Assembly: GCF_001194135.2 (NCBI RefSeq)
Contig: NC_068981.1
Coordinates: 161,912,429 to 161,970,865, forward strand
Direction: 5' to 3'
DNA length: 58,437 bases
DNA from: Octopus bimaculoides
Lineage: Eukaryota
In this document: in pieces, positions 48,600-58,437 of the stretch
How the letters are laid out: the number at the start of each line of letters is the position of its first letter
Position numbering within the stretch: the stretch's first letter is position 1
The notes under the pieces: model-generated
The model's input: the letters and a program-made list of their open reading frames with translations, nothing else
The model's database searches: none
What the model was told of the DNA's origin: nothing
Program-made: the position numbers and the translations under genes

Positions 48600-49260
48600 A
48601 AGTTTTAACATTCTAGCTCACTTCTACTATTTACAGCAGTGCTTGGAAGGAATGTGTGTAGTGTTTGGTTGTCACATTGACCATGACAGAGAAAATTGTC
48701 ATGGCGATACCTGCTCAGAGGCTTATGCAAAGTTGCAGAAAGTGTATGGAGAGGAGTGTATGAGCCATGCACAAGTGTATGAGTGGTTCAGACATTTCCA
48801 AGGTGGTCAGAAAGTTTTAACGTTCTAGCTCAGTTCTACTATTTACAGCAGTGCTTGGAAGGAATGTGTGTAGTGTTTGATTGTCACATTGACCATGACA
48901 GAGAAAATTGTCATGGTGATACCTGCTCAGAGGCTTATGCAAAGTTGCAGAAAGTGTATGGAGAGGAGTGTATGAGCCATGCACAAGTGTATGAGTGGTT
49001 CAGACATTTCCAAGGTGGTCGGAAAAAATGTCAATATTAACGAGCATTCTGGGAGACCAGCAACCAGCAGAACTGAGTAAAACATCACAGATGTGCATGC
49101 AGCTGTAAGGGGAAATCATCAAATCACCATCTGTGAGTTATCAGAGGATGTGCAGATTTGTTGCAGTTTAGTCCATTATCACTGAAGATTTGGGTATGAG
49201 ACGTGTGTCTGCCATGTTTATGTCAAAACTGCTTTCAGCTGACCAAAAATACATTCGGGT
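48600..49260 (+). mobile_element. Mariner 5' remnant with a 212-bp tandem duplication
   Basis: EAYAKLQKVYGEECMSHAQVYEWFRHFQGG (HTH) occurs twice, units start at 48600 and 48812; continues SGRPATSRTE...NHQITICELSEDV. Confidence 0.88.
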
Positions 49261-49799
49261 TTCATTCTGGATATTTATCGATCAGATCACATATGACTTA
49301 CTGCATGATTAATTTAAAGCAATGTGAATGAATAGGTACTATATTCGACAGGGTAATCTGTAAATAAAAGGCATATATTCACAAGGCAGGCCTATTAGTA
49401 GAGCAAAACACTATGTAGAAAACTTTTGCTTTCTTCAGTCATTAAANNNNNNNNNNNNNNNNNNNNNNNNNNNNNNNNNNNNNNNNNNNNNNNNNNNNNN
49501 NNNNNNNNNNNNNNNNNNNNNNNNNNNNNNNNNNNNNNNNNNNNNNNNNNNNNNNNNNNNNNNNNNNNNNNNNNNNNNNNNNNNNNNNNNNNNNNNNNNN
49601 NNNNNNNNNNNNNNNNNNNNNNNNNNNNNNNNNNNNNNNNNNNNNNNNNNNNNNNNNNNNNNNNNNNNNNNNNNNNNNNNNNNNNNNNNNNNNNNNNNNN
49701 NNNNNNNNNNNNNNNNNNNNNNNNNNNNNNNNNNNNNNNNNNNNNNNNNNNNNNNNNNNNNNNNNNNNNNNNNNNNNNNNNNNNNNNNNNNNNNNNNNN

Positions 49800-50135
49800 A
49801 AGGAAGAAAGAAAAGTCGATAGATATGACAGGTTAGCTTGATTAGTTAAGCAGTTGTGGTCGATGAAAAAGGTGGTAGTAGTATCAATAATTGTTGGAGC
49901 CCTGGGAGCAGTGAGTAAAAATCTTGAGAAGTACATGGAACACATAGGGGCTGCAATAAGGGTGGAACACTTGCAGAAAACAGCATTTCTCTTGGAACTG
50001 CTCAAATACTCCGGAAGGTGCTCGAAAAATAAGAAGTGTTACCTTAGTTCACTGGTAGTGAACAGCTGACACCATAGTACACCCCCAGCATTAGAAGCTG
50101 TGCAAAGGCAATAATATAATAATAATAAGTCTACA
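49800..50135 (+). mobile_element. R4/Dong-like RLE C-terminus and 3' UTR ending in (AAT)n
   Basis: EERKVDRYDRLA*LVKQLWSMKKVVVVSIIVGALGAVSKNLEKY...EHLQKTA, frameshifted LGTAQILRKVLE; tail aataatataataataata. Confidence 0.85.
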
Positions 50136-50619
50136 TCAACATAAAAGCATTCACTGTTTCCAACAGCTGATACATCAGCTGTAATCACTGAGCAGAACAA
50201 CACTGAAGCCAAGCAGCCAGTTAGACAATTATGATACACATGTTATCTACATAATTTCATGACAGTATAATAATGAATTCACAGGAGTACAAACATTTAT
50301 GTATGTCCTGGAAAATAATATTTACTATAACATTTAATTAATGTTCAAAATTTACATATATTCTGTGGCTGTTGTATTGTAATTTTGACCTACAGAGAAA
50401 GATAGCATGTTTCATATAGTACAGGAATAAATACAGATTAATGTTAAATACTTGTGGTTTATATAATATAGTTCTACACTGTTATTATTGTACCCTTTGG
50501 TACAATTCTTAAAATAAGTGTTACTTGAAAGTTATTTTATTGACAATTAAAAGCTTGGATAAGATATAGTGACTCTAAATTCTTAACTCATATATGTTTT
50601 ATGATTTTAAGCATGTGTA

Positions 50620-50765
50620 TTTAATTATGCAGTCTGCATTCCAAACACATGATTTTGAGTTTAGACCTGCATCGTACTTCTAGCAAATGTCTTCTTTTAT
50701 AGCTTTGGGCCAGTCAAAAACTTCTAAGTGGATTTGGTAAACAGAAATGGAAAGAAGCATTGTAG
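50620..50765 (+). mobile_element. CORE-like SINE fragment, degenerate
   Basis: ccaaacacatgattttgagtttag...gtggatttggtaaacagaaatggaaagaagc. Confidence 0.6.
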
Positions 50766-51291
50766 TTTTGTGGCATGGAACAAAGCAGGCCTTGCCATCC
50801 ACTCAAGAAAACATGTGGTAAATGATTCAAATTTGATAGGCAAATTCATTATGTAAAAAATAGGCAATGGATCAAGACAAAAAATGTGAAGACTCGGCAA
50901 TAACTTAGGCAACAACTCAAGTAAATTTTACTGTGAATTTGTTGTTATAGGTAGATTTTACTGTTATATGTAAATAATTTTTGCATTATTCTATTTATTG
51001 TTCTAACTAATTATGTACTACTATTATTTTTTATAACCTATTTTCCAATTTCTAATTATTAATTAATAATTAAAAAAATGAATTTTTTTAAAGTCCAAAA
51101 ATATTTTAATTGAGTTATTTTTTAAATTTTTAATAGAAGTAACAAGTGATAACAAATAAAAGTAATAACTTGTAATAAAATTTTTAGTTTCAATAAGAGC
51201 TAATATTTTCTAAATCTAAATATTTTATTTAAAATTTTATCTTTTGCTGTAATATTTTTAGTAAAATTTTTCTTGTTCTGTACTTTACCAG

Positions 51292-51320
51292 ATGTAATAA
51301 CTTGTCCTGAACTTATCCAG
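51292..51320 (+). CDS. Candidate micro-exon (29 nt, [D]VITCPELIQ)
   Basis: Long polypyrimidine acceptor ttttcttgttctgtactttaccag and donor CAG|gtttat in very AT-rich flanks; one open frame. Too short to assign. Confidence 0.25.
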
Positions 51321-51438
51321 GTTTATAATCTTAAGAATATTATTTCTCTTGCTTGCATTTTTCCATGTAATATATATAAATATATATATAGGCAATAATC
51401 TAGTAGCTCTACATCGACAAGACTTGAAAAATATAGAA

Positions 51439-51661
51439 AAAAGTGAAAGGGGTACAGTGAACTTGCTGGGGGGAGTGGAATATCCATTTCAGATTCAATC
51501 CTTTGTCGGGGGCAGAGAAAAAAAAAGAAAGAGAGAGGATGTAAACTCTGTTTGACCTTTTTTCTATTTTTCTTCTGCTTTTCTCTGCCCCCTGATGAAG
51601 GATTGAATCTGAAATATTGGATATTCCACTCCTCACAGCAAGTTCATAGTACCCCTTACAC

Positions 51662-51665
<4 letters not shown>
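51439..51665. repeat. Inverted repeat (~85-bp arms) containing a hammerhead-like motif
   Basis: aaaagtgaaaggggtacagtgaacttgctg...gcagagaaaa vs ttttctctgccccc...cagcaagttcatagtaccccttacactttt; right arm has ctgatgaaggattgaatctgaaa (51592-51614). Confidence 0.85.
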
Positions 51666-51699
<34 letters not shown>

Positions 51700-51902
51700 G
51701 GCATATACATATATACATGTATATATAATAATATAATATATATATGCATATATAGGTACAGGACGTCACCAACAGTAAACAACATGAAGTACGAAAACAA
51801 ATGAGTTCAATATGCAAACGAGAGAAACAAATGGAAAACAGGACAAGTAGCACAAAGAACGACCCTTCATCAGTTGTTGGCTGTCTATCTACTCCTCATT
51901 TC

Positions 51903-52032
51903 GAGCATTGAACAACAATATGAGTCTTCAAACACAATTGCTCCCATAAGTACCAAAAATAAATTTTGAATTTATGGAGGATCAAAGTTGGGAGCAACTG
52001 TCTTTGAAGACTCATATTGTCATTCAATGCTC
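51903..52032. repeat. Inverted repeat with 44-bp arms and 42-bp spacer
   Basis: gagcattgaacaacaatatgagtcttcaaacacaattgctccca vs tgggagcaactgtctttgaagactcatattgtcattcaatgctc, 4 mismatches. Confidence 0.9.
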
Positions 52033-52380
52033 ACCATCTCATCCTGGCAGAAATTTTTCTCACCTGAGAAAAATCAAAGCATGTTCAGTTGGAGGGGGTG
52101 CTTGAGTTTGTTCAAAAGCTTCATAGCATGGTCTTTCCTCTTGTCCTTGGTGGTTTGGGATAAAATTTGGTCCTTTCTCATCTTGTATGAGGAATACCGA
52201 ATGTCTTCATGCAGTACAGCATGTCATTTCCAAATTTCTAGCAGAGCGAATTGTGTCATGGTGCTGTTGTTCTCACAAATGGTGCCCAATTGATCCTACT
52301 ATACTGTGTTGTTGACAAAATCAAAAACAAACAATGCACATGAGCAAAATTAAAAATATAAAATGGCAACAATTTACAAA
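52033..52380 (-). mobile_element. Internally deleted copy of the maT-like element
   Basis: Colinear with parts of 43565-43740 and 43905-44060; ggcagaaatttttctca encodes the SDEKNFCQ region. Confidence 0.85.
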
Positions 52381-52404
52381 AAGATTCACATATATATAAA
52401 CATA

Positions 52405-52590
52405 TAAGGCAGCATGCAGGCTGAATTGTTAGCACACCAAGAAGTTTGTCGATCTTCACATTCTGAGTTCAAATTCTACTGAAGCCAACTTTGCCTTTCA
52501 TCATTTCAGGGTCGATAAAATGAGTACCAGCTGGGTTGATAAAGTAAGTACCCTTCCTCCAAAATTACAGGCTTTGAGCCAAAATTTGAA
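52405..52590 (+). mobile_element. Nin/Deu-like SINE
   Basis: gagttcaaattctactgaagccaactttgcctttcatcatttcagggtcgataaaatgagtaccag. Confidence 0.8.
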
Positions 52591-52669
52591 TCCAATATAT
52601 ATGTGAACATATAATGGTAGTGCACCAGCATGACCACAGCAACCAGTTCAATTCAATTCAATACACATA

Positions 52670-53120
52670 TGTAGGCACAGGTGTGGCTGTGTGGTAAGAA
52701 GCTTGCTTCCCGACCACATGGTTCCAGGTTCAGTCCTACTGCATGGTACCTTGGGCAAGTGTCTTCTGCTATAGACTGGGGCTGATCAAAGCCTTGTGAG
52801 TGGATCTGGTAGACAGAAACTGAAAGAAGCCCATCATATATATATATATATATATATATANNNNNNNNNNGTGTGTATTTATATACATCTATATCTATAT
52901 ATGTGTGTTTGTTTGTTCCCCTCACCTCACCACTTGACGACCAGTGTTGGTGTGTTTACATCCCTGTAACTTAACAGTTCAGCAAAAGAGATTGGTAGAA
53001 TAAGTAGTAGGCTTTAAAAAAAGAAAAAAGTCCTAGGGTTGATTTATTTGCTTAAAACCCTTGAAGGCAGTGCTCCAGCATGGCCACAGTCAAATGACTG
53101 AAACAAGTAAGAGAATACAA
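52670..53120 (+). mobile_element. Full-length CORE-like SINE with internal (TA)n and a gap
   Basis: Same architecture as 7004-7480. Confidence 0.88.
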
Positions 53121-53964
53121 GGATATATAAATATCTACACACATACATGCAGACACAAATGAACATATACACACACACATCCTTTTATGTATGTACGCAT
53201 ATCATACACACTATCACACACACACTTGGAATCACAACTACACAAGCACATTCATAAACACATACATTCCCGCCAAAACATACATTCATGCACAATTGCA
53301 TCTATGCACATGCATTCGCTCATTAATATGCATATTCACACACAACACATAAAGACATGCATATTTATTGACAAATGCATCTCTCTGAAAAACACACCCA
53401 GCTTCATCAATATAAATGATTCCACACACCTAAAACTACTAACATTCAATTGTGCACACAAATACATCCCTGCACACACAACCATGTCCATGCATACAAC
53501 TGCATACACAATCATATTTGTACACATCTACATACATACAAACATCTACTGATAAATATATGTACACATTATTATGCAAAATTCTCAGTTTTTCTCTTTG
53601 TCCCTCTTTTATCACTCTCTCTCTATCTTTCTTTCAATTCTCACATTCCTCTCTAATTATCTCTTTCATTTCCCCTTTTCCCATCATTTCTTCCTTTTAC
53701 CCTTATTCCTTTTCTATCCCCTCTCTCTCTCTCTCACCCTCCTTTTCTATCTTCTAATTTTTCATATCCTTGTCTCACTCTCTCTTTAGTTACCACCATT
53801 TTTTTCTCTCTCTACTACCTTTCTCTTAGACATCATCTCTGTCTGCCTTTCTTTGTCTTTTTGTTGGACTTTCTTCTATTTACTCTTTACTTTTTATATT
53901 TACCTCCTCATTTTATGCTTCTCTTTATCTCAGCACCTCTCAGTCACTCTCTCTCCTGCTCTCT

Positions 53965-53979
53965 CCCTATCTATCTATA

Positions 53980-54047
<68 letters not shown>
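53965..54047. repeat. (TCTA)n microsatellite within a pyrimidine-rich tract
   Basis: Directly visible. Confidence 0.95.
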
Positions 54048-54048
<1 letters not shown>

Positions 54049-54364
54049 CAGCTTTTCTCACTCTCTGTAGCTGCCTACCTACCTCAATCTCTCTTTCAGA
54101 ATCAATTTACTTTTCTCTATCAATTCAATATCCTTTTTAACCATCCAAACTGATATAGATTCCTGTACATAATAGGTTTCCCTCTAACATGGTTTTGTTG
54201 CTAGGTTACGGAAGTTCCAGCCAAAGGGCCAATGTTCTTTGTTGAATTTTATTTCCACGAGTTTATCTTTTTGTCTTTCACAGACTCTGAAGCCAGAATC
54301 AAAACTTTGTCCATTATTAGACCTTTGCTGGAACAACTGAGATAAAATATATCAGTATTAGTTT

Positions 54365-54570
54365 TTACAAGAATCAGATGCAGTGTGCAAGAGAAAAGAC
54401 TACATGTAATGAATATGCAAAATGAATGGTAAGGTGAAGAAGGGAAGAGAGATCCAAATGGAAGGAGCATGTGGAAGGAGAAGGTGGAGATGACGTGGGA
54501 AGTGTTGAAGACTGATTCCAAGATGTTGAACTTTAACAAAGTGATAACAAGGGACCGTAACTGGATGGGC
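54365..54570 (+). mobile_element. RTE ORF C-terminal remnant
   Basis: RIRCSVQEKRL..HVMNM...EGACGRRRWR*RGK / VLKTDSKMLNF parallels the 29.7-29.9 kb RTE peptide. Confidence 0.6.
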
Positions 54571-55394
54571 TTTATTCTTTTAATCTTTCACTCTTTTACT
54601 TATTTAAATCATTTGACTGTGGCCATGCTGTAATGGCCTCTACTCTCTGGAGCTCGGACTTGTGTTTCCTCCACTCTGTACATCTGACACATTTCACTCT
54701 CCTCCTGTCATCACATTTGTCTCTATAATCCTGGACTTGGATCAACCTCTGTATCTACTCCTAGAACCTTCTCTTCATATGTGATTTCCTTAATTTCCTT
54801 CTCTGCACATTTTTCTCTTGCAGCTGTTGGAAAGGAATTTTAAACATGTTGATCTTGTAGTGATTTGAACCTTAACCACTAGACACCCAGTCAGGCATCA
54901 CAAGTGAAACACCATGGTTTCATGTGATTGATCTATAAATTGATCAATCATCATGGGGATGTAACAGGATATGGCTTCTCAGGTGTTCTAAACTTTAACT
55001 CCTTTTCACCTTATAAAAGCCATTTAGCACCAGACAGATTGTTGGAGGCAGTTGAATGATTCACACACCTCACCTTTTGCCAAGCAGATGACTTCCAGCA
55101 TTTGAGTAGACAGCTTTGGACTTTGCATAGATGATTCTTGGACAGACTGTTTATGAACATTCACATAATATCCCGTAAGTAGCATCTATGGACACATCAT
55201 GGTTTTTCTCTCCTCCCAGTTGGCAATTGTGTTAGTAACATTTTCATTGTAAATAGCCAACATAAATATCATGTACAGCAATAAATATTAACATTAAAAG
55301 TTCGTGGGTTTGTCTCAGTTATTATTCATGCAGCCAATGACATTCCATATGCACTTTACAGCAATAATAATATAATAATATTTCATTGGTCTTT

Positions 55395-55583
55395 ACATTC
55401 TGAGTTCAAAATTCCTTCAAGGCCAACTTTGCCTTTCATCCTCTTGGGAGTGGGGTCGATAAAATAAGTACCAGTTCAATACTGGGGTCAATATAATTGA
55501 CTCAGCCACCACCTCAAAAAAATTGCTGGTCTTGTGCCAGAATTATTATTATTATGGTTATTATTATTATTGTTATTATTATT
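55395..55583 (+). mobile_element. Nin/Deu-like SINE ending in (ATT)n
   Basis: gagttcaaaattccttcaaggccaactttgcctttcatcctc...ggggtcgataaaataagtaccag...cttgtgccagaattattatt. Confidence 0.8.
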
Positions 55584-56147
55584 GAGTGAGAGAGCAGTGC
55601 ATGCCATCAAAATGATACTGGGGTAAAATATACGAAGCCCAGTATGCCCATCATGACTACCTGTCTCATAAGGGTACACCAGGCACATGCATCACAACCA
55701 TGTGTGTGCGACATGGTGGTCTCATATCAAGATAAACAGCGCATGACCTTGCAGGTGGGGCCCAGTTAGAATTTTCTTCAGGTTGAGTAGCCCATCCCAC
55801 TCGAAAGGTTTCTGAATAAGGGTTGTTTAAGGATGTTGAACAAAACACCCATGTTTCCAAAGGTGAATTATTCAGACCCCAAAGAATTCCTCTCAACACA
55901 TGGCTATGATGCTCCCCAACTACCTCTGCTCGTGATCAGAGATGCACATATCGTCAGCCACCAAGGGACATGCTCAACTGATTTGGGTCAAACAACTGAC
56001 ATGCAAATCTGCGGTATTGAGCAGAATATTTGCAGAGTATTAAGCAGAATATTTTTTATACCAAGACAAAACAGTGTACATGATAACACTTCCAATCAGT
56101 TAAGATCAAAAGCCATGAGAGCTACTGCCTGGTACTGCATCAGGGCA

Positions 56148-56150
<3 letters not shown>
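55584..56150 (-). mobile_element. Non-coding repeat flanked by (AAT)n, complete copy (~570 bp)
   Basis: gagtgagagagcagtgcatgccatcaaa...ggtactgcatcagggcattt; (ATT)n on both sides; same family as 8400-9330. Confidence 0.88.
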
Positions 56151-56209
<59 letters not shown>

Positions 56210-56211
<2 letters not shown>

Positions 56212-56575
56212 TTCTCTTTATCACAGGTTTTGTTGGAGCTCCTGGAGTCTTGCATATGTAGCAGGCTTACTATCTTCAGCCTATGGTATCATGCTATTTG
56301 TTCTATTATTCTGGCACTCCATTCCAATTTCCTTTATATTCTTCTTGATGCCTTTTGATAATGTTCCGAAAGATCCAACAAGGATTGCCACTATCTTCAC
56401 CTTCGTTTTCTATAGCCAGGCTATTTCATACTTAAGAGGATTGTATCCATCTATCTATTCACCTTCTTTCTTGACTATTCATGGGTCAAAGGGGCATGCA
56501 ACATCAACTATATAGCATATGTGATGCACCTTGTCCACCACCACTAGGTCTGGTCTGTTATAATCTAGTACCTGA
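56210..56575 (-). mobile_element. R4/Dong-like RLE C-terminal remnant ending in (AAT)n
   Basis: Minus strand YNRPDLVVVDKVHHICYIVDVACPFDP...KKEGE*IDGYNPLKYEIAWL...VAILVGSFG. Confidence 0.8.
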
Positions 56576-56579
56576 GCTG

Positions 56580-56790
56580 TTTATTATTACTCTTTTACTT
56601 GTTTCAGTCATTTGATTGCGGCCATGCTGGAGCACCGCCTTTAATCGAGCAAATCGACCCCAGGACTTATTCTTTCTAAGCCTAGTACTTATTCTACCGG
56701 TCTCTTTTGCCGAACCACTAAGTTATGGGGACGTAAACACACTACCATCAGTTGCCAAGCGATGTTGTGGGGGGACAAACACACACACAA
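56580..56790 (-). mobile_element. CORE-like SINE 3' half
   Basis: ctcttttacttgtttcagtcatttgattgcggccatgctggagcaccgcc...gggggacaaacacac. Confidence 0.85.
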
Positions 56791-57701
56791 ACATATACAC
56801 ACACATACATACATACATATATATATGTATGTATTATCAACTTTGCCAAGTCCATGTCTCCTTCCCTGCCTAAGTTCCCCATATAGAAAACAAAACAGGG
56901 AATTTCTACAAACTACTCCATTGGTTAGAAATAACAACCAAATGTCAATAACCTGAGGAACCAAGTGGCCCATTACATTTAATCATTCAAGACCAATATA
57001 GTGTCTTTCTGTCCTCTAGTTTTGGTGAATAGAATGGTAGGCTTGATCTACTATTTAAAAACGTTCCTAATGCCAAAATTTCTATAGTATCTCTTCAAGA
57101 GAGTTCTTTCAAACATGTACTGTCTACTTTTGATACAATGCAGAACAAACTGTGTGGTATAGTTACTGATGAGCTCTTTTGGTCACTCCAGCTGCTGCAT
57201 CAATAGGATTTTGCATTTCTGGCTTCTTTTATTGTTACTTCCATGAAGATCTGTTCAAATGAGCTTCTTCCTCTAAACCCCCCAACAATCCAAGAATTTC
57301 CTATTAGAACCTTGATTTACCAAATTTAGTGAATTGCATCCCTGCTTCGCGAATATCTCATGGACAACCTGCAAACTTCATGCACAAAACAATTTTTTTC
57401 TCAGAACAGCTGAATTGCGGAATAAACTCTCTCCCATTTGTTTTCCTGTCAAATATGACCTCAATCTCTCTAAATTGAGGTTTAACAAGCACATTGCCTA
57501 ATGCTGGCAGTTTCCTTCATTTTTAATATTTTCATTGGTTCTTTTATTACCATCTCATTTCACTTCATTTTATTACCTTCTTTTTCATTATCTCATTTAC
57601 CATATTTTACTGCCATCAACTCTTTTATTAGTTCTTTTATTATGATGTCATTTAAATCTTTTATCAATTATTTTATTGCCATCTTTTATTTACTATTTGA
57701 A

Positions 57702-57754
<53 letters not shown>

Positions 57755-58239
57755 GAGCTTTTGTGGTATTAATGTCACTCCCCCACCTTTTCCTTAACCC
57801 TTTGACATGAAGCAGCATATGGATATTACTTGGGGTGATTTTGGGTTATGAAAAAAATGTCAAATGTTTCGTTATTTTGTTGTGTTGAGGTCATATTCAT
57901 CAACAAGTTGTTGATGACCCAGGTCATCTGTACACAAATAGACCTCAATTATCAAATGTATTTCAGCTATGACGATCTTGCAACTACTTACTCTTAGAAT
58001 GCGAATGATTTTTCTGAGTTCTCTGGAAACTTTTAATTGTTATTTTTTAATTTAAATATATCAGTCTGCTCGACTATCTTTGCCGACATTGCAAATACTA
58101 AGAGTAGTCTCCCTTGACCCTTTTACAGAGCAACACAGTCGATTCTGACAGAAATCAAAGAAAGAAAAAAAAAGAGAGAGAAGAATCAACCTCAGTACTA
58201 GATTCAAATTATACTTATCAATCCTGAAAGGGCCGTTCT

Positions 58240-58378
58240 ATATTTAAGAGATGAGGAATTATGTACATTATTTACATTATTTACGTTTGATGGATATTTG
58301 TCCTCATCCTGTTTGTTGTTAACACAACATTTCGGCTCATATACTCTCCAGCCTTCATCAGGTGTCTTGGGGGAAATT
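58240..58378 (-). mobile_element. Penelope/retrozyme-like terminal repeat carrying a hammerhead motif
   Basis: Minus strand cccccaagacacctgatgaaggctggagagtatatgagccgaaatgttgtgttaacaac...aatgtaaataatgtaaataatgtac; bounded by (TA)n at the window end. Confidence 0.6.
58321..58368 (-). ncRNA. Minimal type I hammerhead ribozyme motif (probably decayed at one position)
   Basis: GACAC-CUGAUGA-A-GGCU[12 nt]AGCC-GAAA-U-GU-U-GUGUU: core CUGAUGA and GAAA, 4-bp stem II, 5-bp stem I (GACAC/GUGUU). Confidence 0.7.
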
Positions 58379-58392
58379 TTATATATATACAT

Positions 58393-58437
<45 letters not shown>

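Noticed and set aside
54287-54348. Possible terminal exon DSEARIKTLSIIRPLLEQLR* after ctttttgtctttcacag
   Set aside because: Runs directly into a decayed RTE fragment and may be part of it; no independent support.
55073-55145. Minus-strand segment ending AAG|gtgagg, open in all three frames
   Set aside because: No frame preference, moderate acceptor, no homology recognised.
55915-55945. Short U1 snRNA-like words (gatcacga, gtagttgggga on minus) in the AAT-flanked element
   Set aside because: Matches are under 12 nt and spaced unlike U1; probably chance.
57898-57918. Small palindrome tcatcaaca-agt-tgttgatga
   Set aside because: A 9-bp stem in AT-rich sequence is expected by chance in 58 kb.

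Overview
Eukaryotic, AT-rich, repeat-dominated window (intronic or intergenic) from a draft assembly with 14 N-gaps. The repeat set (tRNA-headed SINEs with CORE-like and Nin/Deu-like cores, RTE 3' ends with (GAT)n tails, very dense microsatellites) suggests a coleoid cephalopod such as Octopus; this is inference, not a database result. No intact protein-coding gene can be supported, and almost all listed ORFs are artefacts of N-runs or simple repeats. Recognisable coding remnants are all transposon-derived: two mariner, two maT/DD37D-like, one Helitron Rep, one Tx1/L1 LINE, many RTE pieces, five R4/Dong-like RLE C-termini and three Penelope-like GIY-YIG fragments. There are also several MITEs and fold-back hairpins. 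A few short candidate host exons were picked out by eye at low confidence. The most interesting observations are (1) a minimal hammerhead-ribozyme motif at the right end, plus a second degenerate one inside an inverted repeat; (2) a ~570-bp non-coding element that twice sits in the (ATT)n tail of the same SINE family, next to Dong-like RLE fragments, suggesting a microsatellite-targeted retroposition network; (3) a SINE that carries its own internal microsatellite; (4) several near-perfect hairpins. I do not see convincing evidence of a wholly new gene system. Coordinates were read by eye: repeat boundaries are approximate, while hairpin, TSD and exon coordinates were counted.
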